Positions 1-11,556 of a stretch of DNA of 64,000 nt are shown here, piece after piece (position 1 is the first letter of the stretch; every line of letters begins with the position of its first letter). Origin of the DNA: an uncultured Candidatus Rokubacteria bacterium (GTDB lineage Bacteria > Methylomirabilota > Methylomirabilia > Rokubacteriales > CSP1-6); the NCBI GenBank assembly GCA_963840495.1, contig CAWIZN010000013.1:47110-111109 (forward strand), in the 5' to 3' direction. Below the pieces are notes generated by a model that saw only the letters and a list, made by a program, of their open reading frames with translations, was not told where the DNA came from and did no database searches. A program made the position numbers and the translations under genes.

Positions 1-2
1 TC

Positions 3-200
3 GCGCCCTTCCTCGACTACGTCAACCACCTGCTCGCGCTCGGCCCGAACCACGTCGTGACGATCGTGATCCCCGAGTTCGTCCCCGCCCGCTGGTGGCA
101 GCACCTGCTGCACAACCAGACGGCGCTCCTGATCAAGGGCGCGCTGCTGTTCCGCAAGGGGGTGGTCGTCGTCGACGTGCCGTTTCACCTCAAGCAGTGA
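3..200 (+). CDS. C-terminal fragment of APC-family transporter (KimA/YdaO-like)
   Basis: Manual translation ...VTIVIPEFVPARWWQHLLHNQTALLIKGALLFRKGVVVVDVPFHLKQ*, the typical YdaO/KimA C-terminus; 5' part lies outside the window. Confidence 0.8.
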   Translation, partial: APFLDYVNHLLALGPNHVVTIVIPEFVPARWWQHLLHNQTALLIKGALLFRKGVVVVDVPFHLKQ

Positions 201-975
201 AGCGTGGGGCTCGGCGCTCCGCGAGCGCGCGCACGCCCTCCGCGAAATCCTCGGTGCGAAAGCACGCGAGCTGCTGGTCGAGGGTCGCGGCCATCTCTCC
301 CGCGAAGGTCCCCGAGAGTCCTCGGTTGAGCGCGGCCTTGGCCGCGGCGATGGCGCCGGCGGGGCCATGAGCCAGGCGCAGCGCGAGCTCCTCCGCCGCG
401 GTGGCCAGGTCCGGCGGCATGACGACCTTGTTGACGAGCCCGATGCGCAGGGCTTCCCGGGCGTCGATGATCTCTCCGGTCAGAACGAGCTCGGTGGCCT
501 TGGCGAGGCCGACGATGCGGGGCAGCAGGAACATCCCGCCGAGCGCGGGCACGCAGCCGATGCTGATCCACACCTCGCCGAAGCGAGCCTTGTCCGAGGC
601 GATGCGGAAGTCGCACGCGACGGCGATCTCGCAGCCGGCTCCGACGGCGGGACCGTTGACCGCGGCGATCACCGGTTTGTCCATCGCGCGGATGGCGCGG
701 GGGACGCGCTGGAAGGCGCCGTAGACGATGTCCTTGATCCGGTCCGGTGCCATGGTGGGGATCTCCTGGAGAAAGGCGATGTCACCGCCCGCGGAGAACG
801 CGCTTCCCGCCCCCGTGATGACGACCGCCCGCACCGAGGAATCGGCGGCGGCATCCTCGAGCCGATCGGCGAGCCGGTTCATCGCGTCCACGGTGAGCGC
901 GTTCAGCGCCTCGGGACGGTTGAGGGTGAGCGTCAGAACTCCGTAGGACCGGTCGGCGAGAACGGCGTCGCTCAT
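190..975 (-). CDS. Enoyl-CoA hydratase/isomerase
   Basis: LNRPEALNAL, AFSAGGDI, VNGPAVGAGCEIAVACDFRIA crotonase motifs; start taken at MSDAV. Confidence 0.92.
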   Translation of the reverse strand: MSDAVLADRSYGVLTLTLNRPEALNALTVDAMNRLADRLEDAAADSSVRAVVITGAGSAFSAGGDIAFLQEIPTMAPDRIKDIVYGAFQRVPRAIRAMDKPVIAAVNGPAVGAGCEIAVACDFRIASDKARFGEVWISIGCVPALGGMFLLPRIVGLAKATELVLTGEIIDAREALRIGLVNKVVMPPDLATAAEELALRLAHGPAGAIAAAKAALNRGLSGTFAGEMAATLDQQLACFRTEDFAEGVRALAERRAPRFTA

Positions 976-1136
976 GAGCCCCTCCCTGGGACAGTGCGCT
1001 CGGTCGGCGGCCCCCACCATACCCGACGGGCGCGAGAAGCGGGCAAGCGCGGGCCGGTGTGCGGCTGCCGCCGATCGCGAGATCGGCAACGCCGCGGATG
1101 CCCTCTGACCGGAACCTGCTACACTCTAGCTTCGCG

Positions 1137-2059
1137 ATGAACGTCAGTCTCTCCGCCCCTGGCCCCCTCGACGTCGCGTCGACGCTCTCCCGGTACCGCC
1201 GCTGGGGCGAAGATCCCGTCAACCGGCTCGAGGACGGACGATTTCGCCGAGCCCTTCAGGTGGATGGGCGCTGGCATGGGTATGACCTGAGCTTGGACGG
1301 ATGACGCCGACCGGGCGCAGCTCACGATCGCGGTCCCGGGGACACGCAGTCGCCGCGTGGTGGATGCCGCCGTCGCCGAAGCACGGCACGTCTTCGGGCT
1401 CGATCTGGACGTGATGGCGTTTTATCGCGCCGCGGCCGCCGACCCCGTCTTGACCGGGTTGATCCGGCGGCTTCGCGGGCTGCGGCCCACGCTCTCACCC
1501 CGGCCCTTCGAGATGCTGGTGGGCTCGGTGTGCGCCCAGCAGGTCAATCTGGCCTTCGCCTTCACGGTCCGAGCTCGGCTCGTGCGGCGCTTCGGCGTGC
1601 CGGTCGAGGTCGCCGGCGCGACGGTCTACGCGTTCCCGGAGCCCGCGGCGCTCGCGCAGGCGGCGGTGGAGGAGCTGCGCGCCATGCAGTTCACCGTCCG
1701 CAAAGGCGGAGTACATCATCGGATTGGCACAGGAGGTGACGGCGAGCCGGCTCGATCTGGACGCCCTCGGCGGGCGCTAAAACGAAGAGGTCATCGAGAC
1801 GCTGACGAGGGTGCGGGGCTTCGGCCGCTGGACGGCGGAGTGGTTTCTCGCGCGGGGCCTCGGCCGTGGCGACGTCTGTCCCGCCGGCGATCTCGCCGTG
1901 CGCCGGGCGTTCGAGCACTTCTACAATCGGGGACGCGCGCTGTCCGAGCCCGCCATCCGCCGGCGCGCGTCCAGATGGGGAGAGCACCAGAACATGGCGA
2001 TCCACTATCTCCTGGCGGGGCAGCGGCTCGCCGCGCCGAGCACCGGGGGCGGCGCATGA
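1137..2059 (+). pseudogene. alkA: DNA-3-methyladenine glycosylase II (AlkA-like), disrupted in this assembly
   Basis: PFEMLVGSVCAQQVN and HhH-GPD RGFGRWTAEW..DVCPAGDLAVRR spread over three frames; frameshifts near 1293 and 1705, in-frame TAA at 1778-1780; may be sequencing error. Confidence 0.6.
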
Positions 2060-2385
2060 CCATCAAGGGGCTCCGCTTGCCCATCCTCGGGCAGCCCAAC
2101 CCGAACGAGCCGAAGGACGTCCATCTGGTCGGCCGCTATGCGCTTGGAGTGACCTGGGGGGACAGCCACTCGAGCATCTATCCGTTCGATCGGCTGCGCC
2201 GGGACGACCCTGCCGGCGGTCACGAGCCGAGTGCCGCGCTGACGGAGGCGATGGGCTGGCCGCGTGACATCAAGAAGCTGACCGAGGGCCTGCGCGTCAC
2301 CTGGACGGATGGGCATGAGAGCCTCTATCCCTATGCCGATCTGCGCGCGCTGTGCCGGTGCGCCGGTTGCACCGGCGGTCACTGA
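2056..2385 (+). CDS. DUF971 / GBBH-like N-terminal domain protein (halves apparently permuted)
   Basis: VGRYALGVTWGDSHSSIYPFDRLR and WTDGHESLYPYADLRALCRCAGC motifs; ATGA overlap with the alkA stop. Confidence 0.8.
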   Translation: MTIKGLRLPILGQPNPNEPKDVHLVGRYALGVTWGDSHSSIYPFDRLRRDDPAGGHEPSAALTEAMGWPRDIKKLTEGLRVTWTDGHESLYPYADLRALCRCAGCTGGH

Positions 2386-2942
2386 GATTCCTCGTGGCCT
2401 CCGACGCGCCTCTGCTCGATCGGCTCGCGAGACTGCCGGCGGTCCCCATCGCCGAGCTGGTGGAGCTGCTCGAGCGCATGCCCGACCTCGCCCGCGACCC
2501 CCTGTTCGCCGGGCTCGCCGGCGTGGACGAAGAGGGCAACCCCGGCGTCCATCCATTGCTCGCCGCGGTCGTCGAGCATCTCAGACAGAAGCCGGACGCG
2601 ACGTGCTACGCGGCGCTGCTCGAGGCGCTCACGGGGATCTGGAACGCCGCCGTGCGCGGCGCGGTGGTCGCGCGGCTGCGCGCGGCCGGCCTGCCCGCCG
2701 ACGATCTGCTCCTCCGCCTCCAGGCGCTGTCGCCCACGCTCGGCTTCCAGGCGGAGAAGCGGGAGTGGGCGCGCCAGTGGATGGCCGACCCCACCGCCCA
2801 GGACGCGCAGCTCGTCCAGCAATGCCTCGTGCGTCTTCTCCTCGCCCTGCGCGGCCTCGCCGAAGCGCGGGCCCGCGCGCTCACCGACCCCGGCCCGCCC
2901 TCGCCCGACGCGACCGCGGCTCCGGGGGATGTCACCGCCTGA
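2352..2942 (+). CDS. Hypothetical alpha-helical protein
   Basis: Open frame with GC3-rich codons filling the gap in an operon; start uncertain. Confidence 0.6.
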   Translation: MPVRRLHRRSLRFLVASDAPLLDRLARLPAVPIAELVELLERMPDLARDPLFAGLAGVDEEGNPGVHPLLAAVVEHLRQKPDATCYAALLEALTGIWNAAVRGAVVARLRAAGLPADDLLLRLQALSPTLGFQAEKREWARQWMADPTAQDAQLVQQCLVRLLLALRGLAEARARALTDPGPPSPDATAAPGDVTA

Positions 2943-2965
2943 CGTCATCGAAAAGGAGCACCCTG

Positions 2966-3361
2966 ATGCCCGCATTTCCCGAGTCGTTCAAGGATCTCTT
3001 GCAGAAGAAGGCCTTCGCCGTGCTCGCCACCGTCAATGCCGATGGCGCCCCTCAAGTGACGCCCGTCTGGTTCGACTTCGATGGGACCCACATCCGGTTC
3101 AATACCGCGCGAGGGCGGGTGAAGGAGAAGAACCTCGCGCAGAATCCGAAGGTGGCGCTCGCCATCATGGATCCGGACAATCCCTATCGCTATGTCCAGG
3201 TCCGAGGGCGGATCGCGGAGGTCACCGAGACAGGCGCCGATGCGCACATCGACGCGCTCGCGAAGAAGTACACCGGCCAGGACAGGTATGGCAACCGCAA
3301 GCCCGGAGAGGTGCGGGTCACCTACAAGATCCTCCCCGAGCGCGTGCAGACCATGGGGTAG
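2966..3361 (+). CDS. PPOX-class F420-dependent oxidoreductase
   Basis: [51 protein letters not shown] upstream. Confidence 0.9.
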   Translation: MPAFPESFKDLLQKKAFAVLATVNADGAPQVTPVWFDFDGTHIRFNTARGRVKEKNLAQNPKVALAIMDPDNPYRYVQVRGRIAEVTETGADAHIDALAKKYTGQDRYGNRKPGEVRVTYKILPERVQTMG

Positions 3362-3370
3362 GCGGCCGCT

Positions 3371-5320
<1,950 letters not shown>

Positions 5321-5324
<4 letters not shown>

Positions 5325-5635
5325 CGGACTCCGGCCGCTTCATCCCCGAGGCCGATGACGCCGACCTGCGGCGCGAGAAAGCGCGCGCCCGCGAGCTGCG
5401 GCAGAGCGCCTGGTGGAAGCGGCGCATCGCCGCAGGGATCTGCCACTATTGCCGCCGCGCCGTGGGAATCCGGGCATTGACGCTCGATCACGTCGTTCCC
5501 CTCATTCGCGGCGGCCGGTCCGTGCGGGGGAACATGGTCGCATCCTGCAAGGACTGCAACTCGAAGAAGCAATCGCTGCTGCCGTGGGAGTGGGACGCCT
5601 ACCTCACCGCGCGCGCGCCCTCCGAGGCCGACTGA
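5321..5635 (+). CDS. Small HNH endonuclease
   Basis: CHYC..LTLDHVVPLIRGGRSVRGNMVASCKDCNSKK; GTGA overlap with the ABC-F stop. Confidence 0.88.
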
Positions 5636-5816
5636 CGAAGCACCGGCTTGGCTGCTGACGAGCGCCCCATTCGCGGGCGCCGTCGTATCTTCGCGAATAC
5701 AGGGCACTGTCTCCAACTGTGGGCATTGTGCCGGGAGCGTCGGCGCGGTGAAATCGTCCTCATCGAAGCTCCAATCTCTCACGGAGGCTCCACTCTCACG
5801 AAGGAGGACGAGCGAC

Positions 5817-6158
5817 ATGCAGGCGATGCGATGGATCGGCATAGCGGTGTTGGGGGCAGGGTGTCTCTGTGGCGGCGCGGCGATGGCAGCAGAGGACAAG
5901 CCGACGAAGGCGAATCAGCGAGCGGAGGCCAAGGGCGAAGCGCCGGATGCCAAGGGTGATGTCAAGGTCAACATCAATGCCGCGTCGAAGGCGGATCTGA
6001 TGAAGCTCGACGGTATTGGCGCCGGGGCGGCGCAGAAGATCATCGCCTACCGCCAGGCCAATGGCCCGTTCAAGCGGCCGCAGGATCTCGCCAAGGTCGA
6101 CGGGCTGGCCGCCAAGGGCGTGGTCGAGAAGAATGCCGGCCGGATCACCGTGAAGTGA
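5817..6158 (+). CDS. comEA: ComEA-like helix-hairpin-helix DNA-binding protein with signal peptide
   Basis: VNINAASKADLMKLDGIGAGAAQKIIAYRQANGPFK; AAGGAGG RBS. Confidence 0.85.
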   Translation: MQAMRWIGIAVLGAGCLCGGAAMAAEDKPTKANQRAEAKGEAPDAKGDVKVNINAASKADLMKLDGIGAGAAQKIIAYRQANGPFKRPQDLAKVDGLAAKGVVEKNAGRITVK

Positions 6159-6170
6159 GAATCATCTTGC

Positions 6171-6199
6171 TTTGCTCAGCCGGATCTCTGTAGTAGCAT
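6171..6199 (+). promoter_or_regulatory. Putative sigma70 promoter for the downstream structured RNA
   Basis: TTGCTC (6172-6177), 16-nt spacer, TAGCAT (6194-6199); the first stem starts about 10 nt downstream. Confidence 0.5.
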
Positions 6200-6366
6200 G
6201 ATCGCAAATCGGTCAGAGCGCACACAGGCTCTCTGGGCGTTCTCTCCGGCAATTCCGCCGGAGACAACGTGACCGAGCCTCGGGTCGGGAGTCGGCGTCC
6301 GATCCAAGGTTGCGGGTTTCTGGGCCGCTTTTCGGGCCGCGCCGAGAAAGGGAGGTGATCCAGCCG

Positions 6367-6408
6367 ATGTGTACCCCTACGGTGAGCTGTGAGGTGGTCA
6401 CCTCCTAG
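6367..6408 (+). CDS. Possible 13-aa micro-ORF MCTPTVSCEVVTS
   Basis: Perfect SD GGAGGTGAT 7 nt upstream of the ATG; TAG at 6406-6408. Confidence 0.35.
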   Translation: MCTPTVSCEVVTS

Positions 6409-6458
6409 GCCCAGACACACGCAGTCGTAGGTGGCCCTGGAGGGTCCAGGAACCACCG

Positions 6459-6536
6459 GCCCCGACGGTCCCGCCCTTCTCACCAGCGGGGCGGCACGGC
6501 AGAAGCTGCCGCAGGCACCGTCGGGGCTATTTTTTT
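6459..6536 (+). terminator. Intrinsic terminator-like branched hairpin
   Basis: 11-bp GCCCCGACGGT/ACCGTCGGGGC closing stem with two internal hairpins, followed by TATTTTTTT. Confidence 0.7.
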
Positions 6537-6567
6537 GCCCGGCTGGCGGGGGTTCCCGCGATGCGGG

Positions 6568-6611
6568 AAAACAAAAACGCGCCGCCGAGGACGGATGTCC
6601 TCGCGGCGCGT
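6568..6611 (-). terminator. cspA intrinsic terminator
   Basis: ACGCGCCGC(C)GAGGAC/GTCCTCGCGGCGCGT stem with U-tract on the minus strand. Confidence 0.75.
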
Positions 6612-6685
6612 GACCGCTGGCACTCGAGCCGGTGTCAAGCCGGGTCCCGGCGGAACCGGGACCCGGCCGCTGATAGGTCGGCTGC

Positions 6686-6886
6686 CTACGCCTTGCGGAC
6701 GTTGGCGGCTTGGAGCCCCTTGGGCCCCTTGGTGACCTCGAACTCGACCCGGTCGCCCTCCGCCAGGCTCTTGAAGCCCTGAGCCTGGATGGCGCTGAAA
6801 TGCACGAACACGTCCTCGCCATTTTCCTGGGAAATGAAGCCGTACCCCTTCGCATCGTTGAACCACTTCACGCTGCCCTGAGCCAT
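6686..6886 (-). CDS. cspA: Cold-shock protein
   Basis: [13 protein letters not shown] (RNP1), VFVHFSAI (RNP2); AAAGAGGT RBS. Confidence 0.97.
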   Translation of the reverse strand: MAQGSVKWFNDAKGYGFISQENGEDVFVHFSAIQAQGFKSLAEGDRVEFEVTKGPKGLQAANVRKA

Positions 6887-6969
6887 CTGTATCGACCTCT
6901 TTCTTTTGAGGCCTGCGCCTCAGTGATGCCCCGCCACCATGGCGGGGGCGTCCTTCGGGAGTGAAGGAC

Positions 6970-7007
6970 AAAGAAAAACGCCGCGGGACCTTGAGGTCCT
7001 CGCGGCG
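6970..7007 (-). terminator. Terminator-like hairpin within the cspA 5' leader (attenuator candidate)
   Basis: Minus strand CGCCGCGAGGACC-TCAA-GGTCCCGCGGCG then TTTTTCTTT. Confidence 0.6.
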
Positions 7008-7070
7008 ATGGTTTCGGATCGACGGTTTCCTTGCGTATTCAACGACTGTCGGCCCCCGCGGCCAGGGGGG

Positions 7071-7099
7071 AGTCTATGCGGGACTCCGGGCCGTGTCAA
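7071..7099 (-). promoter_or_regulatory. sigma70 promoter of cspA
   Basis: Minus strand TTGACA-N17-TAGACT. Confidence 0.75.
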
Positions 7100-7244
7100 G
7101 CAAATCTGGCCCGGCGGCTGGTGCCCAGTGCGCCGGCCGCCCCGACCTCAGAGCTAACTGGCCGGAATACGGCTCGTTTTTCGCCTTCGGCCGTGCGGGT
7201 CGTCCACCATGCCGACCTGACGCGCATGTTGCGGAAAAGCCTGA

Positions 7245-8366
<1,122 letters not shown>

Positions 8367-8421
8367 GGCGCCCTTCGCCCTATCGGCCACGGGAGTCGTC
8401 ACCGCGAAGGGCAACGCGCCG

Positions 8422-9260
8422 GTGAGATCGCGCAGGTACGGACTGCTCGTCTCGGTGTTTCTCGCCTCGCTCTTGCTCCTGACCGTTCAGACTCGCGGCG
8501 GTGGCACGGGCGGGGCGGCGACGCCGTGGCCGCCCTCATGACGCCCGTCCAGGGCCTGCTCGTCAAGATCCATCGCGGCGCTGTCGGGATCTGGACGACC
8601 TACACGGACTGGAAAGGGGTGCGAAGTGAGAATGCGGCGCTGCGCGCCGAGGCCGAGGGTCTGCGGGTGCAGGGGCTCCAGCGCGCGGAGACCGAGCAGG
8701 AAAACGCCCGACTGCGGCGCCTTCTCGAGCTGCGCGAGCGTCTGCCGCTGTCGGCCCTGGCCGGCGAGGTCGTCGGTCGCGAGTCTGGTGGCTGGGTGCG
8801 TGCCATCACCGTGAATCGGGGCCGCGGCAGCGGGGTGGCCCAGCAGACCCCGGTGATCGTGCCCGAGGGACTGGTCGGCCGCGTGGTGCAGGTGCGCCCG
8901 GGCGCCTCGGTGGTGCAGCTCATCAATGACCCGGCATCCACGGTCGGCGCCGTCGTCCAGCGCACCCGCACTCCGGGGCTCGTCGAGGGGGATGCCGGAG
9001 GCGTCGTTCGCTTCAAGTTCATGGCGCGCGACGGCGCCCAGGTCGCCCCGGGAGACCTCATCGTGACCTCCGGACTGGGCAGCTTGTTCCCGAAGGGGCT
9101 GCCCGTGGGGCGTGTCGTGGCCATCGAGGACAAGGGCTCGGCGCTCTTTCACTTCGCCGTCGTCGCTCCGGCGGCGGACTTTCCGCGCGTGGAGGAAGTG
9201 CTGCTGCTGACGGGTCAGACGACCCAGGACATCGCCGCCCTGTTCAGGGTGGACGGATAG
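8422..9260 (+). CDS. mreC: MreC (frameshift near 8520)
   Basis: N-terminal TM in a second frame from GTG 8422; ENARLRRLL, GLVGRV, TSGLGSLFPKGLPVG; synteny. Confidence 0.9.
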
Positions 9261-9262
9261 GC

Positions 9263-9754
9263 ATGCGGTTCCTGCTCCTCCTGAGCACGGTCGGCGGCAG
9301 CGTCGCGCAGTCGAGCGTGGTGCCGACCCTGAGCATCGGGGGCATCGCGCCTGACGTGCCGCTGATCCTGACCGTGCTCGTGGCCCTGCGCCGGGGGCCC
9401 GAGGTCGGCTGCGTCGTGGGCTTCTTCGCCGGCTTCCTCCAGGACGTGGCGGGCGGGGGACTGATCGGGGTCCAGGCCCTCACGAAGGCCCTGGCGGGGT
9501 TCGCCATGGGGCTGCTCGTGGGCCGGTTCTGGGTCGCGAGCCCGCTCGTCCAGGTGCCGGGACTCGTCCTGCTCACGGTGGCCGAGGGCCTCACGCGATT
9601 CTTTCTCCTGCAGTTCTTCCACTACCCGGTCTCTCTCGGCGGCCTCATGATGCACGTCGTCCTGCCTCAGGCGCTGTACAACGGCTTCGTGGGCGCGGCC
9701 TGTGTGCTGTTCGCCGAAGGCGTCGAGGCCGCCCGGAAGCACGGATGGGTGTAG
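9263..9754 (+). CDS. mreD: MreD
   Basis: Hydrophobic; PDVPLIL, GFFAGFLQD; synteny. Confidence 0.9.
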   Translation: MRFLLLLSTVGGSVAQSSVVPTLSIGGIAPDVPLILTVLVALRRGPEVGCVVGFFAGFLQDVAGGGLIGVQALTKALAGFAMGLLVGRFWVASPLVQVPGLVLLTVAEGLTRFFLLQFFHYPVSLGGLMMHVVLPQALYNGFVGAACVLFAEGVEAARKHGWV

Positions 9755-11556
9755 GGTCAGGGCCCGTCGATCGGGGCGATAGCTGGCGCCGCCGGGTGCT
9801 GGCCGTGACCGTGCTCGCCATCGTGGGCTTCGTCGGCCTGCTCGGACAGCTCTGGTATCTGCAGACGCTCGAGGGCGGGCGGCTGCAGGAAATGTCGGAC
9901 AAGAATCGAATCCGCATCCGCCCGGTGGCGGCCCCTCGCGGCATTCTCTTCGACCGAAACGGGCAGCCTCTGGTCGACAACCGGCCGGCCTTCACGCTCT
10001 CACTCATTCCCCGGGAGCTCGAGGATCGCGACACGGTCCTCGCGCGGGTGTCCGTCCTGCTCAAGATCCCGCTGGCGGAATTGCAGGAGGCGGTCGACAA
10101 GGTGCCGCCCGACTCCATCCGTCCCCAGCGCGTGCGCCGCGGGCTCTCGCTCGAGGAGGTCACCAAGCTCGGGGAGCGCCGGCTCGAGTTGCCGGGGGTG
10201 GTCGTCGAAGTCGAGCCCCAGCGGGTGTATCCGACGAGTACCTTCGCCGCCCATCTCCTCGGCTACGTCCGCGAAGTGAACGACGAGCAGATGAAGCAGG
10301 GGCGGTACCGGCGGGGCGACATGATCGGGCAATCGGGGCTCGAGCGCTTGCTCGACGAGCATCTGCGCGGCCGAGACGGCGGCGAGCGCATCGAGGTGGA
10401 TGCCCTCGGCCGGCAAATGAAAGTCATGCGCCGCGAGGAGCCCGACCCGGGCGCCCAGGTCATCACCACGGTCGACCGGCGCATTCAGGAGGTGGCCGAG
10501 CGCGCGATGGCCGGGCATGCCGGGGCGGTGGTCGTGATGGATCCGCGCGACGGCGACGTGCTGGCGATGACCTCGAGCCCGGCCTTTCCGCTCGACCGGT
10601 TCACCGGCACCCTCGGCCGTGACGAGTGGCTCCAGCTCGTGCGCGATCCCATGACGCCGCTCATGAACCGCGCGCTGGCGAGCCAGTACGCTCCCGGGTC
10701 CGTCTTCAAGGTGGTCGTGGCGGCCGCTGGCCTGCAGGAGGGCTCGCTCGCGCCCATGGACCGCACGTACTGCAACGGCGAGTTCCACATGGGCGGTTGG
10801 ACCTTCAAGGACTGGAAGCAGGGAGGGCATGGCCACGTGAACCTGCGCTCGGCCCTCATCCAGTCCTGCAATATCTTCTTCTACCAAGGCGGGCTCAAGG
10901 TGGGCCCGGAGGCCATCACGCGCTACGCGCGCGCCTTCGGGCTGGGCGCGCCGCCGGGCGCTGATCTCGGCGGCGAAAAGCCCGGGCTCGTCCCGACGGT
11001 TGGCCCGGCGCGCGGGCGGCAGGCCCGCGGCTGGCAGGCGGGCGACACCGTGAACATCTCGATCGGACAGGGCCGCCTGCTGGTGACCCCGCTGCAGATC
11101 GCGCGGATGATGGCGGCCGTCGCCAACGGGGGGGTGCTCTGGAAGCCGCGCCTGGTCCAGCGCGTCGAGCGCGCGGACGGCACGATCGCGTACGAGTCGT
11201 CGAGCAAGATGACGGGGCAGGTCGACCTGTCGCCCGCGGTCTGGGCCTTTCTGCGCCACGCGCTCACGGGCGCCGTCAACGAGGGTGGCACCGGCGCCGC
11301 CGCGCGGATTCCCGGCGTCCTCGTGGCCGGCAAGACGGGGACGGCCCAGAGCGTCGCCAAGAGCGATTCCTCCAAGGGACAGGACCACGCCTGGTTCGCG
11401 TCCTTCGCGCCCGCCGATGATCCCCAGGTCGTCGTCGTCGTCCTCGTCGAGCGCGGGGGCAAGGGCGGACAGGTGGCGGCCCCGATCGCGCGCCAGATCT
11501 ACCAGGCGCTATTCCTCGACAAGGTCGCGATGGTGAGGCTCGGCGAGGGCTCCTGA
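9745..11556 (+). CDS. mrdA: Penicillin-binding protein 2
   Basis: APRGILFDRNG, YAPGSVFK (SxxK), SCN, KTGTAQ. Confidence 0.95.
   Translation: MGVGSGPVDRGDSWRRRVLAVTVLAIVGFVGLLGQLWYLQTLEGGRLQEMSDKNRIRIRPVAAPRGILFDRNGQPLVDNRPAFTLSLIPRELEDRDTVLARVSVLLKIPLAELQEAVDKVPPDSIRPQRVRRGLSLEEVTKLGERRLELPGVVVEVEPQRVYPTSTFAAHLLGYVREVNDEQMKQGRYRRGDMIGQSGLERLLDEHLRGRDGGERIEVDALGRQMKVMRREEPDPGAQVITTVDRRIQEVAERAMAGHAGAVVVMDPRDGDVLAMTSSPAFPLDRFTGTLGRDEWLQLVRDPMTPLMNRALASQYAPGSVFKVVVAAAGLQEGSLAPMDRTYCNGEFHMGGWTFKDWKQGGHGHVNLRSALIQSCNIFFYQGGLKVGPEAITRYARAFGLGAPPGADLGGEKPGLVPTVGPARGRQARGWQAGDTVNISIGQGRLLVTPLQIARMMAAVANGGVLWKPRLVQRVERADGTIAYESSSKMTGQVDLSPAVWAFLRHALTGAVNEGGTGAAARIPGVLVAGKTGTAQSVAKSDSSKGQDHAWFASFAPADDPQVVVVVLVERGGKGGQVAAPIARQIYQALFLDKVAMVRLGEGS

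Larger units (their letters stand above)
6206..6536 (+). ncRNA. Candidate structured ncRNA with 16S rRNA 3'-end-complementary core
   Basis: Stems seen by eye: TCGGTCA/TGACCGA (6209-6276), CTCCGGC/GCCGGAG, TCTGGGCC/GGCCCAGA, GGAGGTGATC/GGTCACCTCC, GGTGG..CTGGA/TCCAG..CCACC, GCCCCGACGGT/ACCGTCGGGGC plus T-tract; no long ORF. Confidence 0.65.

Noticed and set aside
6345-6405. A real 16S rRNA gene end on the minus strand
   Set aside because: The universally conserved AAGTCGTAACAAGG is absent, the h45 stem would be broken and the flanks are not rRNA or ITS-like
6206-6536. tmRNA, RNase P, SRP or 6S RNA identity
   Set aside because: No tRNA-like GGGG..TCCACCA ends or ..AA tag, no GAGGAAAGTCC, no SRP GGAAG/AGCAG loop, and the fold is branched rather than a 6S-type rod
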